From the UHGV virus genome UHGV-1372970: a DNA stretch of 64,000 nucleotides; one strand, written 5' to 3'. The notes below the pieces were generated by a model. It had not been told where the DNA came from and made no database searches. It was given only the letters and a program-made list of their open reading frames with translations. Of the stretch, positions 23,301 through 30,817 are shown piece by piece. The DNA comes from a virus. The position numbers and the translations under genes were made by a program. Position 1 is the stretch's first letter. Every line of letters starts with the position of its first letter.

Positions 23301-23760
23301 TGTCGATTTTGCGAAGTGACGGGAATTTCATAACAACGCGAACACGATCGCTGTCAGCGGAGTCCAGAGAAACGTTAACCTGGCTCGTTTGCTTCAGCTG
23401 CATCCCAACCGACTTTGGCGTCTCGATGAAGTCGAAGCCATCGATAACAGTCTGATCCTGAGAGCCGTCCCGGAACCACCAGGTCACACCGCTGAAGTTA
23501 TAGGAACCGTCAGCGTTCTGAAGCGGCGTGTCGTTCAGGAAAATGGATTTCGCACCATCAACCAGACCACCGACAACACCCTCCCCCAATAAATCCAGTA
23601 CAGAAGCCATAGCACGGCTATTTACCGTGTCATTGGCCTCTACTGGCGTTCTTGCGCTACCGCCTCCTTTACTTCCACCACGGCCTGAGATAATCAGACC
23701 ATGAGCGACGAGTTGAGAAAGACGGGATTTTTTAAAAACTGAAGCTTCCATGCATCCCAC
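11326..23760 (-). CDS. Giant lambda-J-like central tail fibre / host specificity protein (4144 aa) with inserted repeat array of coiled-coil plus CBM-like modules
   Basis: N-terminal approx 1000 aa and C-terminal approx 250 aa match lambda gpJ landmarks (e.g. ...KNKITESELGKDL..., ...QFLVQADRFALINTANG...) and an FN3 region. The middle contains at least 8 repeats of ...LQTLQNTVTQQGKDI...TTNANVAKKADA... alternating with roughly 200-aa modules NPSFERGFDG...YFDDFYVIDVTD (CBM4/9-like). Confidence 0.9.
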   Translation of the reverse strand: MGCMEASVFKKSRLSQLVAHGLIISGRGGSKGGGSARTPVEANDTVNSRAMASVLDLLGEGVVGGLVDGAKSIFLNDTPLQNADGSYNFSGVTWWFRDGSQDQTVIDGFDFIETPKSVGMQLKQTSQVNVSLDSADSDRVRVVMKFPSLRKIDKKNGDTNGTTVQYKFQIDSGNGKGFVDAIAEGEDASIITLTAKKTGVYYRSYVFDLPKPAKSYTLRAIRLTEDHKDDSYLYDDTYIDSIGEIVNTSLNYPNSVLAGLKINSEQFGSSMPTRSYLIKGMKIRVPSNYNADTNTYDGNWDGTFKLASTSNPAWILFDLLTNTRYGLGEFVKESMINIGELYQIGRYCDAFVDDGFGSQEKRFAINTQITSRQDAYRVVQDIAGAFRGMVYWAGGMVHVTQDSPADPVMLFSNSNVVNGSFVYKGSARKDRYSVALITYNNKEDGYKQSVEYVEDQEAIKRYGIRKTESVAFGCTSRGQAHRVGLWTLYTSRMESDVITYSVGMDSVFLMPGDVVLIADKFRAGRRNSGRITGYTANSVKLDSPVDLTSVGNHITFLSSEGKMVERDILENGKNVSTVTFKTALTSAETPVADAVWVIAQPDLVPLQARVVSVAEGTDGTSFNITAIQNNPTKYEAIDNGAQLIPQNTTVLDPTFSKPSGLTVTEGTYLSSPGNLSVSLTAAWQGKSAQYYVSWRRSDAGNVSNWQSQRVTEEQFELRDVAEDGQYDFQVYAVSVGGRKTDPISITYKVLGTLSAPAAPTGLTAVGDYRSIVLNWINPSSVDLDHIEVLASKINDKAKAQVIAKVSGTTFSHNGLEDSATWYYWVRAANKRGMLSALNSSLATTATTRDVLSFLKNKITESELGKDLIADIDSKAVAVEVDAAIDEAKSQATSQVNDARTESANAISDAKKTLNSAINKEITDRASAVADEASKRAQAVSNETSARIKAVSDEATARAAAISGEADARNKAISDEASARAKAVSDEAIARASAISDSVAVEASNRAKAISDSATSLNAKIEKEVSDRATAVSTLDTKTANAITAETSSRIADMESEARARADGLLQEKNNRQSEISNLSTQMQTANESMAQQISQIAAGTGEQFDSLNIWYFDTNNEGWTEDDGSSVPMNVTSDGWLKSANSTSSCRSPNNMAIDANAYRFIKLRIKKVGNPVWAGKLYWIGASEQGWSDSRSISFDEPEYDANGIATLSLHDIDWRSSTTIRRLRLDFLKGQNDANYLLIDWIAVGRPTPGAGMAALQEEKAARVDADAAEAASRNTLAVQMRGSYEGSDLAKVGSGLIFQEQQARVTADKAEAAARQSLETKVNDSVSNINKSLDTLNTQDSAMASDITGLKSSLKGKADASALQTLKTSVDQQGSNISTQGQSITKLQNDLSTTNANVGKKADQTALTALQGTVTQQGKDISAANSSITNLKTSLDTTNSNVAKKADATAVNDLTSRVSATEGKVSSQADSIVQLNNSLSNAIADSDASAKTPNNLIVNPSFERGFDGYIGVGSKSTVVEVQSPHTGTRALKIDPGSIAPGQNIDFVKDRTYEIGVWVKQISGTTDNGSGNNKLRVGSSAGNPVFELPFTGVSGDWTKFSRRWKATETASLPVTLNNYLTAGNRYFDDFYVIDVTDSVNIDANASALSSIQNTVTQQGKDIASQSTSITDLKNNLDTTNANVAKKADAAALQTLQNTVTQQGKDIASASSSITSLQNNLSTTNANVAKKADATALSSLQNTVTQQGKDLTSVGSRATSLENSLKTTDANVAKKADAAALSSLQNTVTQQGKDISSAGDSITSLNNNVNAMLNMGDNLVQDADLIGDGSAFGTQKNSVPTGSLVEFGAYGENSSGVRMVRVNSTSPGLFANRKKPVPVNGSRKFRYIVRAKGVSGSMNMLLRRWNFNGSVEGNYEDKNVTLTSDWQTITWDTPFSPSTGADGQAFGIYCHPSNAEIWIDSFQVFDITDAVNNDATASALSDLSTKVTKQGDTISSQGTSITKLQNDLTSTKTDVSKKADASALQTLQNTVVEQGKTLTSQGSSLTTLNNTVNTVKGDVAKKADTTALNGLTTRVTNTENGVSSNSDAITSLNSSLNQQSKRGANILPDGTFESYSNGYNLSNNRVIVTTDDAQGGGKCIRVTRPNDYNPNSTDNSDNHIFGSFQVRDNAVFYLEYWVKLDANKANMAANTQITVGLSVQYQDDSWQWPSLTKAVKDLSATSWTKVSGYLKLTKSGVKQAMARISVPNVSTVKAGDSFLIDNIVLTEVTDAYNTQELSDANASAIQTLNSTVEKNGTDITSQGAAVTKLQNDLSTTNANVSKKAESSALQALQNTVTQQGKDITAANSNITSLKSSLDTTNSNVAKKADASTVSSLASRVSSTEGKVLSQSDSLTQLNNSLNSANADADASKVNPGNMLKNNSFERWFDGWNNTGWTTLAAQAPKSGSYIIQASKLASGDLSCDQSISLKAGKTYRFGAWVRKSSDMAISNTNNTKISIRTDSGPVQDLFISVNGVSTGWGMVSSEYTPAADVTLLISLRASLSAGYLYLDDVFLVDVTNEKAIDAQASAMTSLKNTVTQQGNALTSQGDSITSLKNSLSSTDAKVAKKAEQSAVDSLTGRVTKTESDITATNSSVKSLNAAIRAGNATSGELVPNPTFDVQYDSMGFTVVSTDSDGVPAGCPFKYAAKLAARDHHPNFNTIVATVGDVFEISALVACGAGSADFNLYIGTANGPTGGIASPLYTGGNTKTTSTWKRVTWKVTVPQSAADKGYLRPFLQINQSSPFGTVWYVTDWHMRNITAAAAAQSTADATSKAVDSLTSTVTQQGKDVSSVSARATALENGLSTANTNIGKKADASALQTLQNTVTQQGKDLSTQSDSLTNLSNSLSNVSVGGTNLISLSGTMDGWGSKISETFRGNAVSGATIKAGGSYRDLKEVSIDAPVDNAEYVYSFYAKGGVDGQSMTAFFYNPNTTGSSETSQGVKASNTDGRAVFTLTTEWVRYWVKWKQKPGTGAKRLIIARIEASTTADQTVYVSAPKMEVGNMPTEWSPAPTDLAASADLSSLQTTVAANSSSIQSVTSRVSNVEGTVSSQGTALTSLQNSLNTTNSNVSKKADASALQTLQNTVTQQGKDITSQGTRTTSLENSLNTTNANVSKKADASALQTLQNTVTQQGKDITASNANVTSLQASLTRRTVFTITSRGNGSSAKDGIFDESGVKVFAPGRSYALVTFKANSDGSTSIDTSKTYDVFGSANNGKTMSDDIAALANGVYACVMTYDEPTGSRSSVYAAIELLGGTSEVLASLPYRGAYILLGRKGMKAGDGLELRSPTGSDQSAFVSTSVEFVNGVMMGLGAAGGVMMKADANASAITTLQNTVTQQGKDITSSSSAITSLQNGLATANSNIGKKADATALQSLQNTVTQQGKDISTQSGNVTNLQNSLSATNTGLANLVADSDASKKIIGNLLTNSSFERGLEGFGGGASFITVINAQSPNSGSKILSCGTGTGAVSQSIVVTKDRTYKIGVFARCQSGSVVDNQGNNKLRIGNSSLLVDFQFKPADLPTDSTWKEISGTWKATVSGSVGVSINSSLKSGNQYFDDFYFIDITDIVNIDATSNAVASLTSRVTSAEGTVSSHTGSITNLSNSLNSLNNKVSGKADASALQSLQNTVTQQGKDLSSASGSVTDLKSSLNTLKVQSNPWIDGTFETYDNNQQLGGSTAVVTTDFKSTGSKCLKVIRPANTGGNADKTIGSYSAVRQSAKYRVEFWAMMPASEAPPSGWSVAVGLHSINKDGANDWQGITFNESGLGARDQWVKFSGVLKLGPSVTRSHVWVSTRGQNGSNTPGYAAYIDDFVITDITDAADAQATADANATAISSLQTKVSDIDGKVTAQTSQLSSMQSKVDGATSKVDQLSKTISDSQSTQASLNTSLQSQISAQASANIANQADLNSTMTSVATIKSTQATQATQLSAVAKSQTDMTATLNNQTASIQVLQEAVSNNDSLNSTWMVKMETNSAGQKYAAGIALGVDGKSLQSQFLVQADRFALINTANGSTTTPFVIDNGVTYMNAAYIKDGSITNAKVGDLQSSNYSSGQSGWRIGKNGTMEINGTGSGSARTTISNGKIEVYDSNNRLRVRMGIF

Positions 23761-23762
23761 CG

Positions 23763-24374
23763 TTAAATCTGGTCAATCGTGATAGAGGAACTTGCGATCT
23801 GAGAACCAACGAGAATTTCTTCGCCGTAGTTCAGCTGGACCGGGTTTCCTTGGTTAGTTGTGTTTTGTGGCCCGTCGAAATAGAACGAGTCGGAGTTATC
23901 CGCCTGTCTTACTTCCGGGTTTTTGGCTTGAGGCGAGAGGATTTGGGCAAGGCCACCCATCATCAAACTCATACCGGCGCCGATTAGCGCTGTTGATGTG
24001 CCAGCAGTAATCCCCGAGGCTAATGCGCCAACGGCAACCATCACCGCGCCTACCACGACCTGCACATAGCCAAGAGCGTTCCCGCCTCGTCCTTTCGGGA
24101 TAGGTGTAATGCGGATCTTCTCAACGTCTTTACTCGCGCCGCGCATCATGTATTCGGTTTCGTCAACCGACCATGTGACGCCGCTTTTAGTGGTGATCTG
24201 AACGTGATAGCGGTCGTAGGCATTAGCGTTGCGACGAATCCAGGCGCCAAGGCCCGGCTTATTTGCGTCAATCAGATTGATGGCTTGCGCGGCATTGGAC
24301 GCGCGAAGATGCCAGTGACGGCCGAAACGCTTTGCCAGCGCTCCGCCGAGCTGAACATGAACTAATTCAGACAT
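23763..24374 (-). CDS. Tail assembly protein I-like
   Basis: Position between K and J. Size 203 aa, with a C-terminal hydrophobic/Gly-rich region as in lambda gpI. Confidence 0.65.
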   Translation of the reverse strand: MSELVHVQLGGALAKRFGRHWHLRASNAAQAINLIDANKPGLGAWIRRNANAYDRYHVQITTKSGVTWSVDETEYMMRGASKDVEKIRITPIPKGRGGNALGYVQVVVGAVMVAVGALASGITAGTSTALIGAGMSLMMGGLAQILSPQAKNPEVRQADNSDSFYFDGPQNTTNQGNPVQLNYGEEILVGSQIASSSITIDQI

Positions 24375-25195
24375 TTTTCATTCCCTGTTAATAACGCCTG
24401 ATGGCGCAAATGATGCGTCGTATTTTTCTGATACATGCCGCCGTAGGTGGCGTGGCCACTTAAACGGTCAATCTGGTGATGCAGGATCCGGTTGTCACCG
24501 ACATAAACAGCGCAGTGATCTGGCATCTTTCCGTACTGGATAAAGAAGATGTCGCCTTTCCGCGGCTCTTCCCTAGGCGCCAGGCGGACGAGATTTTCGT
24601 TGCGATAATTCAGATCGAGAATGTCTTCGTCGCCCAGATACCATGACGGAATATGCAGGTGGGCATTGGCATTAATCTCGACGTCGAACTCTCGCTTCAG
24701 GTAGTCACGACACAGCATCCAGCAATCGAAAATGCCAAAGACATAAGGGCGACCGGTGTACGGCATCTCGAAACCACCCGGCGTAATTACTTCCATCTCG
24801 CTTAAACGGAACTCGGCCTCAATGTCCGGGTTCAGGTTCTTTGTGACGGAAAGAATTAGCCATGGCAGTTCAGTCGCTTCGCAGCCGGCACGATCAGCGT
24901 CCGAGGGATTCGGGGAACGGTCAGTGTGGCTATGCCAGATTGCAACAACCTCACCTTCGTCTTCAGCAGCAATCACATCTTCGTGATGCATAACGAACTC
25001 ATTGACCGGGTCTTCAGAGACGTTTCTCGCTTCAATAAAGCGATACTTTTTCTCCGTCGTCTGGACAATGAAACCGCACGCTTCATTCGGGTAACGGGCA
25101 ATTGCGCACTGATACAGCGACTGCGTGAACAGTGAGCCGCCGATCGATTCAATATCACGAAACACGAGTGGCCCCCGGAAACCCGCCAAACGCAA
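24362..25195 (-). CDS. Tail tip assembly protein K-like (MPN/JAB plus NlpC/P60 domains)
   Basis: JAB/MPN motif ...VVAIWHSHTDRSPNPSDAD...; C-terminal NlpC/P60-like Cys/His region. Between L and I. Confidence 0.75.
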   Translation of the reverse strand: MRLAGFRGPLVFRDIESIGGSLFTQSLYQCAIARYPNEACGFIVQTTEKKYRFIEARNVSEDPVNEFVMHHEDVIAAEDEGEVVAIWHSHTDRSPNPSDADRAGCEATELPWLILSVTKNLNPDIEAEFRLSEMEVITPGGFEMPYTGRPYVFGIFDCWMLCRDYLKREFDVEINANAHLHIPSWYLGDEDILDLNYRNENLVRLAPREEPRKGDIFFIQYGKMPDHCAVYVGDNRILHHQIDRLSGHATYGGMYQKNTTHHLRHQALLTGNEKCLN

Positions 25196-25859
25196 TCACC
25201 CCGTTGGCAAAGAAGTTCTTCCTTGCCTTGCACGCATCCAGTCGCTTAGTGCAGTAGTCGTCGCTCAACTTAGAGGTTTGATTGTTGTCCTTGTCGAAAT
25301 ACGGACCGCTGTACCCACACTCCGCGCCACGATAATTCCACGGGCAGCTGTTTTTGATGATCTGACGCGCGGGCAGCTGAACCCCCATCAGGTCAAAAAC
25401 ACTGGATAGCTCAAATTCAACGCTCTCTTTGGTTTCTAACGTCTTCTGTTCCACGAACCATATTTCGTCCGGGAAGTGCTGAGAGGCGTCGGCGGTGGGG
25501 TTTCCAGCAGTAAAGTTAGAAGCATCAAGAAAACGCACCAGCGTGCGCCGGCGAGTGATGGTGCAACCAACCAGATCATCATTTGCGAGAACTTCGGCCG
25601 AGATTGCGCCCCCATAGTTAGAGACAACAAGCTTCGGTCGGGGCAATGTCCCGGAGCCTGTTTTATCGAAACCGCTGGCTTTAATCGGCCACGGCTTATA
25701 CTCGACCCCCTGCCAGATTACAGACGTGCCGAGTTTGTTCGTTCCTGCGTGGAAGAAGCTCTTCCCGCCTGAAGTTGTCACGGCCATATCAAGCTCAAAA
25801 AGCTCGATAACCGCGGAGGGTGACAACCCTTGAATTTCCGTGCGAATACTCATACTCAT
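25155..25859 (-). CDS. Minor tail protein L-like (tail tip)
   Basis: Strong similarity to the lambda gpL pattern ...VIWQGVEYKPWPIKASGFDKTGSGTLPRPKLVVSN..., plus Cys-rich C-terminus. Confidence 0.85.
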   Translation of the reverse strand: MSMSIRTEIQGLSPSAVIELFELDMAVTTSGGKSFFHAGTNKLGTSVIWQGVEYKPWPIKASGFDKTGSGTLPRPKLVVSNYGGAISAEVLANDDLVGCTITRRRTLVRFLDASNFTAGNPTADASQHFPDEIWFVEQKTLETKESVEFELSSVFDLMGVQLPARQIIKNSCPWNYRGAECGYSGPYFDKDNNQTSKLSDDYCTKRLDACKARKNFFANGVIAFGGFPGATRVS

Positions 25860-25888
25860 CCTTGAGTGCGAAACAAAACCTTATATTA

Positions 25889-25908
25889 ATAAGTAAACAC
25901 TTACTTAT
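25889..25908. promoter_or_regulatory. Late-type palindrome ATAAGTAAACACTTACTTAT between M stop and L start
   Basis: Inverted repeat ATAAGTAA/TTACTTAT. Overlaps the gpM stop codon, 30 nt upstream of the gpL start. Confidence 0.4.
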
Positions 25909-26243
25909 CAAGCCTCAAAAACTTGTCTAAGGGTACAAGTGATCTCCAAGTACCCTGGATACCGCTTAACAGTATGGGAATCACACACGCAGATAATTTT
26001 TTTATTGCGGGGTGTTGTCCAGAAGAACGACTCTACCGCCCCTCGCGCCATCAAGAAATCGTCAATGGCATTGCCGATCGCGTAAGGCTGTCGGAAGGTC
26101 AGAGACCATTCTTCTTTTATGCGGTTTAAACCCTGTGACTGGCGCTGCTCGTAGTCGTCGCCAAATTTCAGGACAGTAACTTCAGGCTTTATGGTTTTCT
26201 CAGACTCGAAGTCAGGGAACCAGGTGAATGTTTGTCTAGCCAT
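25908..26243 (-). CDS. Minor tail protein M-like
   Basis: 111 aa. Position between tape measure and L. Confidence 0.7.
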   Translation of the reverse strand: MARQTFTWFPDFESEKTIKPEVTVLKFGDDYEQRQSQGLNRIKEEWSLTFRQPYAIGNAIDDFLMARGAVESFFWTTPRNKKIICVCDSHTVKRYPGYLEITCTLRQVFEA

Positions 26244-26289
26244 TTCTCTTCCTTGAGAAACTGCCTACGTCCTGTAGGCAGTATTTTTG

Positions 26290-29200
26290 TTATCGGTTGC
26301 CGTTGGTGTTCTTATTGAGAGAACCACCGGGGCGCTTTTCTTGGGTGATCGTGTCGAGGACAATATTCTTAATCCTCTGAGCCGCATCATTCCAACCGCT
26401 ACTGTCGCTGTCTGAGCCAGACGTTGAGCTGGAACCATCAGAATTAACGCTGATATTGATAGCGACTGGCGCCACTGTTGAACCGCCTGTCATTCCGCCG
26501 GTCATAGTTACAGGAATAGAGCGACCGTCTGGCAGCGGAACATACGCCTCGTTCTGACGACCTTCACCAAACAGAGCGAGTTGAGGTGTGGTGGCAATAC
26601 CGCCCTTGGAGTAAGTTTTTAATGGAACCACTCCTTTTGGCCCAAAAATCCCTCCATTTGCGTGAGCCACTGCACCACCGCTGCCTCCGCTACCACCGCT
26701 GTCACTGCCACCACTATTGGCCATGCTGCCCGCCCAAACGGACGTTGCCGCCGAGACCATGGACATACCGAAGTTAAGCCAGCGCCCCTTTGTCGAGTTC
26801 GACCCTGCCCCCATCGACGCAAATACAGCGGCCAGGCCACCAGCTACCGACGACAGATTGTTCATGCTCAGGATATTTGAGCTGATCGCTTTCGTCTGAT
26901 TGCCGGTCGCAGTGCCGAGACCAAACAGTGACTTCGTTGAATCCCAGGCGCTGGAAACCATGCCAGACAATCCGCTGTTTGCGTTTTCCGTCGCCGTGCT
27001 CATTTGACTCATGCCGACGCTGGTCTCTTTCGCTGACTGACCGATCGACTTGTCGCCATTATTCACACTAGACTTGCCACCACCGGCCACAAGACTAACG
27101 CCCTGATTCAGCATTGCTCCCGCGACATTTCCGGTGCTGCCCGTACCGTTAGTCCCCATCCCCATCATGTTCATGATCGGCGCAGTAATCTGGGACTTCA
27201 CGATGATGCTTGCAATGTCTTTGACAATGGAACGAGCAAAATCACTGAAGCTAGCTTTCCCGTCCATAATGAAACTGGTGATAGTGTCCGTCATGCTGGA
27301 GAAGGCGTTACTCCAGACACCTTCGATCTGCCCTGCGACATCTTCATATTCCAGAGCCATCTTCTGTGTTTCAGTGCCAAACTGCTCAACGAATGCCCGG
27401 TTCCCGCCTTCCTGCATGGCCTTCAGGCTGCGCTGATACACGTCTTTCATTACATCAGACTGAGTTGTTGCAATGTAGCTCTGTAACGTATTGATATCGC
27501 GCTTATAGTCCTCCTGCCACTTCGCCATCGTCGCCTGGCGATTTGCGCCATCATACGAAGACATAATCCCGCTAGTGGTCGTGGTGAACTTGGACACCGT
27601 TTGCTCTGCAGAATCACGGTCAAGACGCTGAGAGTAGTCAGACGCATTGGCCTTGATGAAGTCGCGATCGCGGATCATCTGTTGCTTCTGATCAGCCGAG
27701 AACCGGGAACCTTCCGGTAACGACTTGCCGTTGATATCCTGATCTTTCAGCGCGTTGTCGATTTGAGTCAGCGTCTTTTTGACCGATTCATCAAACCCTG
27801 CGCTTGCCTTTGACGTAAGACCTAATTGCCCAGCCAATTCGTTTGCGCTAGAAACGACCTGCTGGTTCGCCTTTGCCACAATTGCATCAATACTTTGCTG
27901 CTTAGAGGCGGCGATATTGGCGCTCTGGAGACGCTTATTAGCGGCCGCTTGGTCTGCTTTAACAGCATCAGCAAGGCCTTTTTTAATCGACTTCTGCTCT
28001 GAATTACTCAGCTCTTCAAATTTCTTGCCACCAACAGCTGATAGATAACGCTGGTTAACGCTCATCTGGTTCTGGCCGGAAATAACATTCCCGAGTAGGT
28101 CGCGCAGCGCGGCGCCGGTGTCCGAGTTGACGAAGTCGCCGACTTTCTTACCTGCGTTATCAGTGATCAGCTTAATACGGTCGCCGGTTTTCGTCTGCGT
28201 GCTCAATTTTGGCGTGTCGCCAGTCATTGAACCTTTTGCACGGTCAACGTCCGCCTGTGCCATCTTGATCTGATTGTCGTTTAGATCGTTAATCTGGCGT
28301 GACAGAGCAACATTCTTAGTGTCGAGTGTTTTTTTCTGCTCGGCAGTAAGATTGCTGGCCTTTAGCTGGTCTTCGACAGACTTTTTCTGGTCTTGGAGAT
28401 TTTGCTCCAGAGTCTGATAACCCGCTAAACGCTTGTCCATTGCAGCAGCAAGCTTCTTCTGACGCTCGGCGTTCAGGTTCTCAAGTTTTGCAGCCCGCTG
28501 ATCAGCGCTTAATGACTTATCAGTCTCAATATCCTTGTAGCGATCTCGATAATCCTTGGCGGAATTGGAAAAAGACGCCGCGTCCTTGGTGAACTGATTA
28601 TCAATATCTCTCAACGACGACTGGATATTTCGGCTTATCTCTTTACTGGCTACGGCAACAACCGCTCCGCCCATCGCATTCTGAATATCCTGACGGTTCC
28701 CCTGGATATCTTTCAGCCCAGCATTGATATTGTCGATGTTGAATTTCTCACCCTTCGACATTTCTTTTTGCTGTTCTGGTGTAGCCGACATGTAAATGCT
28801 ACGACGACGCTTTAAATCGGCCTCGTCCTGATCCAGCTGATTCAGTCGAGCGTTAAGCGCAGCCTGTTCCTGCTTACCCATCGCTTCCGGGACGGCTTTG
28901 ATTTTCTCCAACGCATCCCCGGCTTTCTCTGCGACACTCTCAAACGTCGTCGCCAGAAGCGCTACAACCGCAACAACTGCAGTAATCCCGATAATGATTG
29001 GGTTGAACTGCAATGTTGCTGTGAAAGCCAGCCATGCTGTTTTTGCGCCACGAATCGCTTCAGTCACATTAATGACTGCAGCCGCAAACAATCCAATGTT
29101 ACGGATATCCTGAACAATTCGTCCAGTGACAGAAAGAAAGCCACCAACCGCTTTGGTTGCAATACCCAAGGATTTATTCAGCGAAGAGAACATCCCCAGA

Positions 29201-30813
29201 GCTGTGCCGAGAGTTCCGGTAATGACCGTGCTAAGCAGTTTAAAACCTAACCCCATCCCCACGATTGACGCGATAGTTTTTACCAGGCCAATGTTTTCCC
29301 CGAGCCATGAAGCCATATCCGTCAACGTTTTCACGATTGACGTCATACCCTGCCCGAAGTTGTAGGCAAACAACTGGCCCTCTGTCGTGTTCAGATAGGT
29401 CGACAATTGCTTGAGACTATCGGTCAGCGCATCGAGATAACCGCCTTTGGCCATGTTGTCAGAGAAGCGCATAAACGCCGTCTGCATCTGCGCCATCGCA
29501 CCCGTAAAGGTGTGAGAAAGACGATCAGCCGCACCCGCGCTATCAACCTCCATTCCGATGAAGAGCATGTCCAGTGCTGATTTCGCCTCAACGCTTCCAA
29601 GAGAAACGTCTTTAACGAGCTTCGCCATGCTGACACCCATCATATCTGCCATGGACTGCATTGCAGTTGGCACGGCTTCGCCCAACTGTTGACGCAACTC
29701 TTCCATAGAGATAACGCCCTTGCCGGACATCTGCTGGATGGCAACCGCTGCACGCTTCAGGATCTCGGAATCTCCGCCAAACTGAGCCACAGAGTTAACA
29801 AGCGCATTTAGCGAGCCGGTTGTCGGATCAATCCCACCAGCTTTCAATTTGACGAAGGCATCGGACACAGCATCTAGCGATACGTGGACCTTTTCGGAAA
29901 GCCCCATGATGTAATTCATGTCTCTTTCCGCGGCTTGTTGCGGGTTCTGCGCGTCCTTCTCCAGCCCCTGCAGCAAGATACGGGTATTCTGCATCTTGCT
30001 CATGGCCTGAATCAGCGGCTCTTGCCAGCTGAACAACACATCTTTAACTGTACGTGCCGCGTCACCAATTTCCCCTAAGAGGAAAATGTTGCCACGCAAC
30101 CCTTCGAATAGCCCTGATTCAGAGCGGCCACGGCCACCTGAATTACCTGAACCACCCCCTCCACCGGGTCCACCACCACCGCTACCGCCTACACGACCGC
30201 CGCCCAGGATCCTCCCATTAAGCGCTTTTTGACGATCGATAACTGCATCCATCTGGTCGCGAACGTTTTTAAGACCATCTGCGGCCTTGTCAGTCGTCCC
30301 TTTCCATCGATCTAACACCTTGCTGGTATTTGACAGGCGGCGGTTTAGTGACGATGTCGTGCTGCCCATCTCTGAGGCATCGGAGGAAAATCTCTTCGCG
30401 GATTTGCCAGCGTGATCCGCAAAGTCGGAAAAGTCCATGAGTTCGGACTGCGCCTTCTTCAGCGCGGAAGTGAGCGTACCAACCTTTGCACTCGTCTGTT
30501 CTACTCGTGTAGAAAAGACAGATAAGCTTCGGTTGATAGCTGCAATGTTTTCACGGATAGTGCGAAGACTTTGACCTGCCAGCTCGGTACCGGCAGCAAA
30601 GTCCTCCATTTTGTCGGCGCCTTTGCCAAGGGCGACACTTAGAACGGAAAACGAACGACCTGTCGCATTGACAGCTCGTTCGAGTGATGACATTTTTTTA
30701 GAGTTGTTAGAGGCCGTTTTACCAAATGTCTCTAACAGATTTCCCGCATTTTTAATTGACATTGAAAACTCCTTGTCATTCAACGTCAACTTAAAATCTA
30801 CAATATCGGACAT
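26290..30813 (-). CDS. Tail tape measure protein (1507 aa)
   Basis: Very long, alpha-helical/coiled-coil-rich. Gly-rich linker GGGRVGGSGGGGPGGGGGSGNSGG. Hydrophobic central segments. Located between the chaperones and gpM. Confidence 0.9.
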   Translation of the reverse strand: MSDIVDFKLTLNDKEFSMSIKNAGNLLETFGKTASNNSKKMSSLERAVNATGRSFSVLSVALGKGADKMEDFAAGTELAGQSLRTIRENIAAINRSLSVFSTRVEQTSAKVGTLTSALKKAQSELMDFSDFADHAGKSAKRFSSDASEMGSTTSSLNRRLSNTSKVLDRWKGTTDKAADGLKNVRDQMDAVIDRQKALNGRILGGGRVGGSGGGGPGGGGGSGNSGGRGRSESGLFEGLRGNIFLLGEIGDAARTVKDVLFSWQEPLIQAMSKMQNTRILLQGLEKDAQNPQQAAERDMNYIMGLSEKVHVSLDAVSDAFVKLKAGGIDPTTGSLNALVNSVAQFGGDSEILKRAAVAIQQMSGKGVISMEELRQQLGEAVPTAMQSMADMMGVSMAKLVKDVSLGSVEAKSALDMLFIGMEVDSAGAADRLSHTFTGAMAQMQTAFMRFSDNMAKGGYLDALTDSLKQLSTYLNTTEGQLFAYNFGQGMTSIVKTLTDMASWLGENIGLVKTIASIVGMGLGFKLLSTVITGTLGTALGMFSSLNKSLGIATKAVGGFLSVTGRIVQDIRNIGLFAAAVINVTEAIRGAKTAWLAFTATLQFNPIIIGITAVVAVVALLATTFESVAEKAGDALEKIKAVPEAMGKQEQAALNARLNQLDQDEADLKRRRSIYMSATPEQQKEMSKGEKFNIDNINAGLKDIQGNRQDIQNAMGGAVVAVASKEISRNIQSSLRDIDNQFTKDAASFSNSAKDYRDRYKDIETDKSLSADQRAAKLENLNAERQKKLAAAMDKRLAGYQTLEQNLQDQKKSVEDQLKASNLTAEQKKTLDTKNVALSRQINDLNDNQIKMAQADVDRAKGSMTGDTPKLSTQTKTGDRIKLITDNAGKKVGDFVNSDTGAALRDLLGNVISGQNQMSVNQRYLSAVGGKKFEELSNSEQKSIKKGLADAVKADQAAANKRLQSANIAASKQQSIDAIVAKANQQVVSSANELAGQLGLTSKASAGFDESVKKTLTQIDNALKDQDINGKSLPEGSRFSADQKQQMIRDRDFIKANASDYSQRLDRDSAEQTVSKFTTTTSGIMSSYDGANRQATMAKWQEDYKRDINTLQSYIATTQSDVMKDVYQRSLKAMQEGGNRAFVEQFGTETQKMALEYEDVAGQIEGVWSNAFSSMTDTITSFIMDGKASFSDFARSIVKDIASIIVKSQITAPIMNMMGMGTNGTGSTGNVAGAMLNQGVSLVAGGGKSSVNNGDKSIGQSAKETSVGMSQMSTATENANSGLSGMVSSAWDSTKSLFGLGTATGNQTKAISSNILSMNNLSSVAGGLAAVFASMGAGSNSTKGRWLNFGMSMVSAATSVWAGSMANSGGSDSGGSGGSGGAVAHANGGIFGPKGVVPLKTYSKGGIATTPQLALFGEGRQNEAYVPLPDGRSIPVTMTGGMTGGSTVAPVAINISVNSDGSSSTSGSDSDSSGWNDAAQRIKNIVLDTITQEKRPGGSLNKNTNGNR

Positions 30814-30817
30814 TCCC

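Noticed and set aside
12056-23592. Dozens of plus-strand ORFs (60-257 aa) overlapping the giant J gene antisense, e.g. 19849-20622, 14948-15529
   Set aside because: They lie entirely within a confidently called 12.4-kb coding gene on the other strand. They are repetitive and low-complexity because of the J repeats and have no RBS or promoter context. Judged artefacts.
26586-29636. Short ORFs on both strands inside the tape measure gene
   Set aside because: Nested within a long, confidently called coding region; Gly/Pro/Arg-rich artefacts of the TMP Gly-rich and helical repeats.
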